Shown one piece after another: positions 15,037-24,418 of a DNA stretch of 64,000 nt. Each line of letters starts with the position of its first letter. Position 1 is the first letter of the stretch. Made by a program: the position numbers and the translations under genes. The notes under the pieces are model-generated. The model ran no database searches and was not told the DNA's origin. It was given only the letters and a program-made list of their open reading frames with translations. The stretch is from Octopus vulgaris (lineage: Eukaryota), in assembly GCA_951406725.2 (NCBI GenBank), contig OX597820.1, positions 103,354,001 to 103,418,000 of the forward strand, in the 5' to 3' direction.

Positions 15037-15207
15037 GGCGCAGGAGTGGCTGTGTGGTAAGTAGCTTGCTAACCAACCACATGGTTCCGGGTTCAGTCCC
15101 ACTGCGTGGCACCTTGGGCAAGTGTCTTCTGCTATAGCCTCGGGCCGACCAAAGCCTTGTGAGTGGATTTGGTAGACGGAAACTGAAAGAAGCCTGTCGT
15201 ATATATG

Positions 15208-15273
<66 letters not shown>

Positions 15274-15497
15274 TGTGTGTGTTTGTGTGTCTGTGTTTGT
15301 CCCCCTAGCATTGCTTGACAACCGATGCTGGTGTGTTTATGTCCCCGTCACTTAGCGGTTCGGCAAAAGAGACCGGTAGAATAAGTACTGGGCTTACAAA
15401 AGAATAAGTCCCGGGATCGAGTTGCTCGATTAAAGGCGGTGCTCCAGCATGGCCGCAGTCAAATGACTGAAACAAGTAAAAGAGTAAAAGAGAGAGT
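15037..15497 (+). mobile_element. SINE family A, young full-length copy with internal (TA)n/(TG)n
   Basis: Near-identical to 32736-33152, 38976-39385 (-) and 40582-41002. tRNA-like A/B boxes; 3' hairpin cagtcaaatgactg and (aaagagt)n tail. Confidence 0.92.
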
Positions 15498-15578
15498 ATA
15501 TCTCTATATTTAACAGATAAAAATGTTGATTGCAGAATAGATACAGCTTAGTACAATCTTTAAAGACAGAAGAGAATA

Positions 15579-16091
15579 CCGTAAATCCTCGAGTATAATC
15601 CGCATTTCCCCCCAAAATTGAAAGGTCAAAATCCCTAGTGCGTACTATATACGAGGTTAACAATAAAAAATATTTTCTAAGCAATGTCTGAGTTTCTCTT
15701 TGCTGTCTGGCAATGTTTATTCAGACGCATTTTGTGATGTTGGGCGCGAAAATACCTTAAGCTAAGCCTGAAAGCAATGAAGCCATAAAAGAATCCTTCA
15801 TAACTTGCAGTAAGCAACATTTATTAAAATAAAAGTATTCATGACATGTAACGAAAACAATTTGCAAACATATTTACATTCCCATATAACAGTTAAGAAC
15901 ATCACCATTATTGTATTACGCATGCGCGGAAGTGTGTTTGTTCGACTAGGTGCTGCTGGCTTAATTACGCACGACTCAAGTTAGAGAAGGGGTGCGTATT
16001 ATACACAAGGTTTAGGTTTTTCAGAGGTACAGCCCCTTAAGAATCCCCTGCGTATTATACTCAAGGTCAGACTATACTCGAGGATTTACGG
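15579..16091. mobile_element. pogo/Tigger-type (Tc1-mariner superfamily) MITE
   Basis: TIRs ccgtaaatcctcgagtata and tatactcgaggatttacgg, flanked by a TA TSD, with subterminal gtgcgta.tatac repeats. Confidence 0.85.
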
Positions 16092-16130
16092 TATTTTCAC
16101 GTTTATGAATTTGTTTAGCAAAATTCCTGA

Positions 16131-16385
16131 GGACGGTCTTCTTTTGTCAAATAAATACCTGCACTTTATACTTCTTCCTCACTTCGGCTTTATTATTGTT
16201 CTTATTTTAGTGTCCTTTGTCTCCTCACACGTGGAAGGGATATTCGCTGAAGAAGTCACAGGGTGTGTGACGAAAGATTTCAGACAAAGGATAGGAAAAT
16301 AAGAATAACAATAAAGCTGAAGTGAAGAACGAGTATATAGTGCGTGTGTTTATTTGCCAAAGTAAAAAAAAACAATGACCGTACC
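16131..16385 (+). mobile_element. PLE terminal fold-back with a degenerate hammerhead in the loop
   Basis: Imperfect arms 16131-16222 and 16282-16385. The loop has CTGAAGA-a-gtcaca gggtg tgtgac-GAAA (16247-16275). Downstream sequence is homologous to the pLTR at 4965-5075 (-). Confidence 0.65.
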
Positions 16386-16479
16386 GAAATAGAAAAATAT
16401 TTTCAAATCTCTCAATTTATCATTGAAGAGAGTAAAAGAAAAAGAGAAAAATATAATCCCAAATTGAATGTTATGGACT

Positions 16480-16690
16480 ATATAAAAACACGCAATAACG
16501 ACTATTGTATATAAGTTATGCATACCAGACGCTGTGCCTAAACTTACGACGCTCTTTAATCTATCGCTATCTACGGGGATATAACCTGACATTTGGAAGC
16601 ACGTCTTACATTGTCCCATTCCAGAGAAAGGTAAACTCCTCTGATTCAGCTAACTATCGCCTCTTTTCTCTCATTTCTGACATTTCTCTC
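16480..16690 (+). mobile_element. Degenerate LINE RT fragment
   Basis: SSDSANYRLFSLISDIS resembles the NYRPISL motif just upstream of non-LTR RT domains. Confidence 0.5.
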
Positions 16691-17054
16691 TCTCTCTAAC
16701 ACACACACACACACACACACACACAGATGCGCGCGCGCTTTCTCCCACCGTCTCTCTATCTTATCTCCCCTCAGTGACCACTAATGTGACTACGACCGAG
16801 TCAGATCCACTGGAAACATGTTCTCTTACATCACTCATCAGCTGCTATCACTCTGAAACAACACAGAAGGTATTTGGAGTGTTCGAAATAAAGAAATTAT
16901 CAAACCCAAAACTTAAAAGGGTGAATTCGAGACGTTGCGTGAAAGATTGCGTTACAGAAAAAAACGAATTTTTCAATTGCAGCGTAGAAGGTGTTTGTAA
17001 GCCATTTAAGAAACACACAAAAGCCGTTCGATTCACTTCAACATTTAAGTTTAA

Positions 17055-17105
17055 TTTGTCAAAATATTTTCGTCGCTTTAAGACTGCAACCTGTTCACTG
17101 ACAAA
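17055..17105 (-). ncRNA. Minimal type I hammerhead motif, G3:C8 core variant (mirror copy)
   Basis: Minus strand: tttgtca-GTGAACA-g-gttgc agtcttaaa gcgac-GAAA-atat-TT-tgacaaa. Confidence 0.7.
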
Positions 17106-17124
17106 AATCTGTGCTGCACGGATT

Positions 17125-17175
17125 TTTGTCAGTGAACAGGTCACGGTCTTAAAGCGACGAAAATATTTTGACAAA
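17125..17175 (+). ncRNA. Minimal type I hammerhead motif, G3:C8 core variant
   Basis: tttgtca-GTGAACA-g-gtcac ggtcttaaa gcgac-GAAA-atat-TT-tgacaaa; 7-bp stem I and palindromic stem III (AATATT). Confidence 0.7.
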
Positions 17176-17479
17176 TTAAACTTAAATGTTGAAGTGAATC
17201 GAACGGCTTTTGTGTGTTTCTTAAATGGCTTACAAACACCTTCTACGCTGCAATTGTTTTCGTTTCAGCACACGATCACAGATCAAATCACTTGCTATAC
17301 AAGTACATCTCCACAAAATTTTCAGGCCAGCATTAAATACAAATTTGTTTGTAATCTACAAGTTGTACGACGTTGAAGTGATCGCAGAGCAACGTGAAAT
17401 AAAGCTTTTTGCTGAAGAACACAACGCATCGCGATCACGAGATGGTGAGATCAACACCCTTACTACTAAGCCCTTTCTA

Positions 17480-18800
17480 TTGGAGATTAAGAGATAACTT
17501 CTTAGTGAAAGTAACCCTTTCTCAGGAAGATCATAAAGCTTTTTAGAGTGTAAAAGAGGATTTCGGCTGAAAAGCATCATGCAATAAAATTCACAAATTA
17601 GAATAATTTCGGATGCGTTGATGAGGAGGAAGGCATTAATGATGACGCTTCGAGCAAAATCTTTCTCCAAGGCAGAGAAAAAGCTAAATATTTAGTGTAA
17701 CACTAAGGTGCGAAGAATTGCAAAAAGGATAGATAGAAATGAAAGAAGGGAGCAAGGAAAAGACGAATAACCAAACGAAAAGGGTATTAATAGGCGGTCA
17801 ATGACCAGAGTGAGAAAGCTAAGGGAAAGGAAGGGCAGTAATGAGTTATACAGACTAAATATTCAAAGATGAGGAAGCGCCAAAAGGCAGCAATAGAGTG
17901 AGGAGTGTACTGTGTAACACATATGATGAGAAACATATACACATAAAAAATAAAGAAAATACATGCGTGTATATATAATAACAGCAAAAGTGATGTGTAT
18001 ATATAATGACAGTAAAAGTGATGTTTTACACCATCTTTAAACCGAGTAGCCGTTTTCCGATATAACTAAAGATGCGATAATAAAAAAATAGCTTATAAAG
18101 GTGATATATATTTAATTGAGAAGGAGTTTATATATACTGAAATTCCAAGTTTTAAGAGTAAGCATTTAAAATATTTAACAGTTGACAAGGAATATAGATA
18201 GAAATATGAGTGTCGAAGTAAAAAGAAAAGTGTAAGGCAATGAGGTATACAGAAATTTCACCTTAGAGAAATAGAGGAACTAGAGAAACATAAAAGAAGA
18301 GAAAGAAAAGAATGTATGATAGAAGTATGATAGAAAGGGGATAAAGAAAGGAAGAATATAAAAAAGAAAGAAGGGGGAAATCGAACTACAAGAATAGTCG
18401 ATACAATTAGTTGTGGTAGCGTTATGGGGTAAAGGGTGTATCTCCGAAAGGAGTGAGAAAGTAAATAAGAAATAGAATTGCTTATGATTATGTAAATGAC
18501 CTTGCCCTTTGCCAGACACCTATTCTTATCCCGCGTAGAAGCAAGAAGAAAAGAGAAGAAAGCCCTAAGAAAATGTAATGTTTATGATTGAATAAGTGAC
18601 AGAACGTCCCGAGAGAAAGAAACAGTGAATAGGAAAAGGTGGAAGTATTCTAGATTTCGAAGCATTGAAGTGTAAGGGAAAGGAGGGAAAAAGAAAGTTA
18701 TAGTAAAATTCAGAAAAGGAAGAAAGAAAAAGAAAAAAGATAAGAAATGGTTAAGTGGAAAGCGCCATATAGTGACACTACAGTTAAAGATGACCGGTAC
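17480..18800 (-). mobile_element. Possible highly decayed LINE body
   Basis: Strand-asymmetric purine-rich tract; LEKDFARSV at ~17670 loosely resembles the RT motif D.EKAFDxV. Nothing else is intact. Confidence 0.3.
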
Positions 18801-19734
18801 TTAAATAAATACAAAAAAAAATTGGTGTTTTGATAGATAAGATAGAATATAACAATGATTAAATCATTTCCTGTCACCTCAGCCAGAGGCTATGGCTAAG
18901 CTGAGGTACCATTAAATAAATAAAATATCATAAAATAAAAAGTAGTCCAAGATTCAATAATCAAATTCAATTATTCAAATAATGAGGGAAAAGGTGCCAT
19001 TTTACAGATAGTTTTCAATCTCCTGAGAAGAAACGTTCAACAACACAAACTACAGATCAAGATGGATAGGATATGCAAAGGACATGATATTTGCAGATGG
19101 TCTAGGAACCTCCAGAAATATTAGACGATTTCAAAACCATTCCACTGGAGAAAATACAATATATTCAGCCTGTAGATAGAGTAAATTTTCGCAACTTGTT
19201 ATAGTGACGACATTACGAGATTAACTAACACCTAGAATTCAGGAAGTCGATATCACGAATTTTTCAATAGTATACAGAAAGAGCAGAATTTAGACTCTCT
19301 CATTGCACCACCAGATATGGTTTGACAAATTCTACCGCAACATGCCATCTTAAGATGCATAGTTTTTTTCCCTGATGTGCCGCAAAAGAGAGATAGTATG
19401 AATTTTCTTCAGGTTCACTGTCACATACGTTTTTGAAAACAAGAAGGACAATGCATCTATGTAGGGCAGAGAATATGTATATTTGTGGATGTGTGGATAC
19501 GTATATATGTACACATCGTCAAGAACGCTAGTGAATATAAAAATGTAGGGTAAATAACTACAATGTATAGGCATTCTTGATCAGAGATATAGAATTGCAC
19601 CGAACAATATTGCTGCTGATATATTTGCTTGGTTCAGAAAACAAAATTCATGTACTGTTGTGGCGGTCAGCTTCCTTGTCTATATAAATATTTCAAAATA
19701 AGTAAGGAAGGAAACATCTGCTTCTGAAACTGGA

Positions 19735-19935
19735 AGTAAATCCTTCCGAAGCTTATCTAATTCATGACTGTTTAAATTATGGGTGACTATAAGGCCGTCA
19801 TCCCTATATAATCCTGCGTCTATAAGTGGGAATTCTAGCTTTAGATTGTGCAAAATATAAGCTCTTATGAGCACACATAACTCAGACCCGTCGTATACAT
19901 CGATACATCGAAAAGAGAATTCTCACCAAGTGAAT
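19735..19935 (-). mobile_element. Penelope-like RT fragment (YRDD type)
   Basis: YDGSELCVLIRAYILHNL...AGLYRDDGLIV...ELDKLRKDL. Confidence 0.8.
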
Positions 19936-20206
19936 AGCCAGCTCCAGAATTAACTTGTATGTCTGAGCATTCTACATACACATATATCTTTAAAGTAATT
20001 CTCATACAAAATCAGAACGACTCAGTATTTGACAAGGCTGTACTTTTTGTACCTAACAATTAAATCTAACGTTAAATTAAATATTAAATGGAATCGATAA
20101 GCATTTTCCAATCAATCCCTGCCACAGAAAATTGAAATAATTTAATTTTAATTGTTTATTTTAAATCTTAGCTTCGATCGATCCATCCATCCATCCATCC
20201 ATCCTA

Positions 20207-20432
20207 TCTCTTTACTACCCACAAGGGGCTAAACACAGAGAGGACAAACAAGGACAGACACACGGATTAAGTCGATTATATCGACCCCAGTGCGTAACTG
20301 GTACTTAATTTATCGACCTCGAAAGGATGAAAGGCAAAGTCGACCTCGGCGGAATTTGAACTCAGAACGTAACAGCAGACGAAATACGGCTACGCATTTT
20401 GCCCGGTGTGCTAACGTTTCTGCCAGCTCGCC
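20207..20432 (-). mobile_element. SINE family B inserted in (ATCC)n
   Basis: Reverse complement reads ggcgagctggcagaaacgttagc...gagttcaaattccgccgaggtcgactttgcctttcatcctttcg.ggtcgataaattaagtaccag; the centre resembles the MetaSINE domain. Confidence 0.9.
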
Positions 20433-20833
20433 ATCCATCCATCCATCCATCCTACAGACGTAGTGACTGGCTTGAATTCTGCAAAAGGGAAAAACTTAAA
20501 TCTCAAACACAAGCATGTAGACACACAGATAGATAATTAGAAAGATATGCGTGTTTGTGCGCATGTGTGCTTGCGTGTAAGTGTTTATCGTTTACTTGTT
20601 TCAGTCATCAGAACGTGGCCATGCAGGGGGACCGCCTTAAAGAATTTTAGTCGAAGAAATCGGCCCCAGGACTTCTTTCTAATTCTGCTAAGGGGACTCA
20701 AACACACGAACACCGGTTGTCAAGCAGTGGAAAGTGAAGCACACACACACACACACACACGCATATTATTTATAGGCGATGCTTCTGGTTTAGTCCCACT
20801 GTGCGGCGCTCTGAGAATATATATTTATCATAT

Positions 20834-20965
20834 CTGTTCGACGAACGGGAACATGAAACTCTGAGTAACAGTTCTGTGATAATTTTGCAATGTTTATAAA
20901 AAAGTATATTACTCTACCTTTGGTATTCAAGTACTATTTTCCCACTTTGTTTTACACTTATATGC
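20834..20965 (+). mobile_element. PLE terminal fragment, same family as 10675-10875, with a degenerate HHR
   Basis: ctgt-TCGACGA-acg ggaa cat-GAAACT ctg AGT-A-acag, then ...tattactctacc.ttggtatt..agtac. Confidence 0.65.
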
Positions 20966-21064
20966 TCAGCTGAGTGGCAACCTAAATCTGCCTTTAATGA
21001 AATTATCTCCGATACTTCATGAGTATGACCTCACCCACTAAGATGTTTGGAGAACTCATATGTA

Positions 21065-21155
21065 TTTTAGCTGATGAGTACGGGACACTTTTATCTGCTG
21101 CAATTTTTGCAACTTGTAATAAAGCCTGTCTTTGTATGAAACAATTGTACTAAAA
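21065..21155 (+). ncRNA. Type I hammerhead ribozyme motif with canonical core at a PLE 3' end, just before (TA)n
   Basis: ttttag-CTGATGA-gtacgggaca...tgtctttgtat-GAAAC-aatt-GTA-ctaaaa; perfect stem I and palindromic stem III ACAATTGT. Confidence 0.8.
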
Positions 21156-21183
21156 ACTAATCCATTCTTGTTGCTTCTTTCTC

Positions 21184-21238
<55 letters not shown>

Positions 21239-21526
21239 TTCTTACAGTTTCCGTTAAGCAGTTCCACTCAGAACGCTTTGACCAGTTGAAGGCTATAGCA
21301 AAAGCACTTGCCTTAGTTGGCACACAGTGGGATTGAACCTGGAGTCGTGTGGGTGGGAAGCAAACACCTTACAACCGCAGCCACACAATCACGCTTGCGC
21401 CTGTAGTGTAACATTTGTGTAAAGAACAGAAAAAGAAATCACGTACGTTTAAAGCAAGGCTCGCATGAATTATACTTTGATGTAATAGCAAGAGATTATA
21501 TATATATATATATATATCCACTGATT

Positions 21527-21740
21527 AGGCGGCGAGCTGGCAGAATCTTTAGCAAGCCGGGGGAAATACTTTGCCGTATTTCGTCCGTCGTTGTGTTTTG
21601 AACGCAAATTCCGGTGAGGTTGACTTTACCTTTCATTCTTTCAGGGTCGATAAAATAAGTACCAGTTGCATACTGAGGTCAATCTAATCGACTTGTCTTC
21701 GTCCCCGAAATTGCTGGCCTTGTGACAAAATTTGAAACCT
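21527..21740 (+). mobile_element. SINE family B, diverged
   Basis: ggcggcgagctggcagaatc...gggtcgataaaataagtaccag. Confidence 0.8.
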
Positions 21741-21767
21741 ATGTATATATACATACATACATACATT

Positions 21768-21808
<41 letters not shown>

Positions 21809-22297
21809 CCACTGATGATGGATAGTTGCTATCGCATATCGATTCGTGATAAACTTATGACTTCTTTGCCAGAGACCATTACAAAATGGACATCAAGGAG
21901 AATCTGAAGCCACAATATGACCAAACGGGCCGCTTCTATGCAGTTACTCGATGAGTGAGAAATAGCAACAGAATCTCAATTTATTCCCCATTGTCTGTGA
22001 AACGAAAAGGATTCATCGACTAATATAGTCTTATACTGACAACATACTCGTCGCTGACGTGGAAGTGCACTGGATTGCACTGCCCCCCTCCCACTATTCA
22101 ATAGTTCATCCTCAGATTTACTCCATTTTAGTGACTCCACTTTAGCATTATAACAAATTAATGCCTACCCGGAATATTCTGTAGCACCCCGCAATGTCTG
22201 GTGACAGTTTTGATTGACAAATTTAAATAAAATGTGCGATGGTCAGAAATGGAATGTATTTCATCATAGGCTTGTTCGATCACGTATTACCTGATAT

Positions 22298-22609
22298 CAC
22301 CGTGATCACCGTGACCGACCAGGCTATCAGATGTTGTTACACATCGCTGGTCACAATGCGCTTCGCATTGTTTTAGCCTTCAAATGACGCCACCCCGCTG
22401 GCTAAGCGAGAAGGCCAACAGAAGAAAGAGTGAGAGAAAGTTGTGGCGAAAGAGTACAGCAGGGATCGCCACCACCACCCTGATGGAGCCTCGTGGAGCT
22501 TTAGGTGTTTTCGCTCAATAAACACTCACAACGCCCGGTCTGGGAATCGAAACCGCGATCCTACGACCGTGAGTCCGCTGCCCTAACCACTGGGCCATTG
22601 TGCCTCCAC
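22298..22609 (-). mobile_element. SINE family D with TSD
   Basis: Head gtggaggcacaatggcccagtggttagggcagcggact...; TSD ttacctgatat at 22287 and 22611. Confidence 0.9.
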
Positions 22610-22785
22610 TTTACCTGATATAAGCAACTAAATTAACTATGATGGTTATGATAAATCTTAACTGAAATGATAGAATGTCCAGAAAACTCACCATATATCT
22701 GTAAATGTATATTGAAATGGTTCATTTTCGATTTGATATCGATACTAGGACTATTTCTTCCAGATCTAAACAGCCTTGTCTTTAC

Positions 22786-22824
<39 letters not shown>

Positions 22825-22835
22825 CATCATCATCC

Positions 22836-22866
<31 letters not shown>

Positions 22867-22908
22867 TATCATCATCATCATCATCATCATCGTCATCATC
22901 ATTATTAT

Positions 22909-23448
22909 TGAGTGAGAGAGCAGTGCTTGCCATCAAAGTGACACTGGGGTAAAATATACAAAGCCCAGTATACCCATCGTGACCACCTGTCTAATAAGGG
23001 CACACCAGGGACATGCATCACAACCACATATGTGCGACATGGTGATCTCATATCAAGATAAACAGCACATGACCTTGCAAGTGGGGCCTAGCTAGAAATT
23101 TCTTCAGGTTGAATAGCCCATCCCTGAATAAGGGTTATTTAAGGATGTTGAACAAAATACCCATGTTTCCAAAGGTGAATTATCCAAACCCCAAAGAATT
23201 CCTCACAACACATGGCTATGATGCTCCCCCACTACTTCTGCTCCTGATCAGAAATGCACATATCGTCAGCCACTAAGGGATATGCTCAACTGGTTATGGT
23301 CAAACAAATGACAAGCAGATCTGCAGTACTGAGCAGAATATTTGCTGTAGCCCATCTTTTATACCAAGACAAAACAATATACATGATAACACTTCCAATG
23401 AGTTAAGATGAGAAGCCATGAGAGCCAATGCCTGGTACTGCATCAGGG

Positions 23449-23450
<2 letters not shown>
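22909..23450 (-). mobile_element. Non-coding element embedded in (TAA)n; putative Dong-dependent non-autonomous retroelement or long 3' UTR
   Basis: (TTA)n on both sides. The 3' end ...gcactgctctctcactca(ATA)n recurs at 32289-32386. Confidence 0.7.
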
Positions 23451-23499
<49 letters not shown>

Positions 23500-23501
23500 C
23501 G

Positions 23502-23535
<34 letters not shown>

Positions 23536-23536
23536 T

Positions 23537-24345
23537 GTCATTTACTTTTAATCTGCATGTTTGATGCAATCACCTGCCGGGGCACACCCAGCGCCCTAGG
23601 GCAAGTGAAGGTTAAGAGTTGTTGAAATATAGCTGAAAGCTTGGGGAGGGGAAGTAGAGATATATCTCCATGTAATGCAAACACAGACATTTACATTGAT
23701 AGGGTTTTTCTAAGGATGTGGGCAGTACTTGTTAGCACAATCTTTTGGATTTCCTTGAGACATGGTTTTCCAGGGATATTGTCTAGGTGTTTCTGACATC
23801 CCTTTTTTATCATACCTAGGGCACCTACAATAACAGGAACAGTTTTTGTTTTAAGATTCCACATCCTCTGTATTTCGATTTCCAGGTCCTTATATTTACT
23901 AAGTTTGTCAAATTCCTTGACAGATACATTTTTATCAGTGGGGACGCTTACTTCTATTAGTCTGCAGGTATTTTCTTCCCTGTCTTTAACAATTATGTCT
24001 GGTCGATTAGCCTTGATCGTTCTGTCAGTGTTGACTGGAAAATCCCAGAGGATGGTGACATCTTTACCTTCAACAACTGGCTGAGGATGGTGTTCATACC
24101 AGTTAGCAGGAGTGTCGGATTTGTAGTGTTTACATATCTTCCAATGTATATACTGTCCTACCCTATCGTGGCGATTTTTGTATTCGTTTGGTGTCAGCAC
24201 AGGACATCCCGAAACGAGATGGTCTATCGTTTCGTCAAATGTGTCGCAGAATCTGCATTTAGGGTCAGTACCGTTTCGGAGAACGTTAGCCTGGTAATTT
24301 CTGGTAAACAAGCTTTGATCTTGTGCTGCCATTATGAAACCTTCA

Positions 24346-24346
<1 letters not shown>
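23537..24346 (-). mobile_element. R4/Dong LINE copy A, 5'-truncated (zinc finger + endonuclease + 3' UTR)
   Basis: TEGFIMAAQDQ...CRFCDTFDETIDHLVSGC...RHD...NRPDII...EVSVP...KLSKYKDL; open to the stop at 23691 and bounded by (TTA)n. Confidence 0.92.

Positions 24347-24417
<71 letters not shown>

Positions 24418-24418
<1 letters not shown>

Larger units (their letters stand above)
16974..17256. repeat. Near-perfect 283-bp palindrome (141-bp arms, 1-nt centre at 17115, 4 mismatches)
   Basis: Arms compared base by base. Confidence 0.97.
20590..21402 (-). mobile_element. SINE family A split at its internal microsatellite (3' part 20590-20760, 5' part 21236-21402)
   Basis: Both halves match the reverse complement of family A and flank PLE-end insertions. 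Confidence 0.65.

Noticed and set aside
15037-15110. tRNA-like sequences at SINE heads
   Set aside because: Continuous with SINE bodies and lacking a full cloverleaf; not tRNA genes.
16790-16845. CTGATGA on the minus strand and gaaacatgtt on the plus strand
   Set aside because: The core halves are on opposite strands and cannot form one hammerhead.
16774-17376. 200-aa ORF and its mirror ORF with repeated peptides
   Set aside because: Arises from the palindrome; no recognisable domain.
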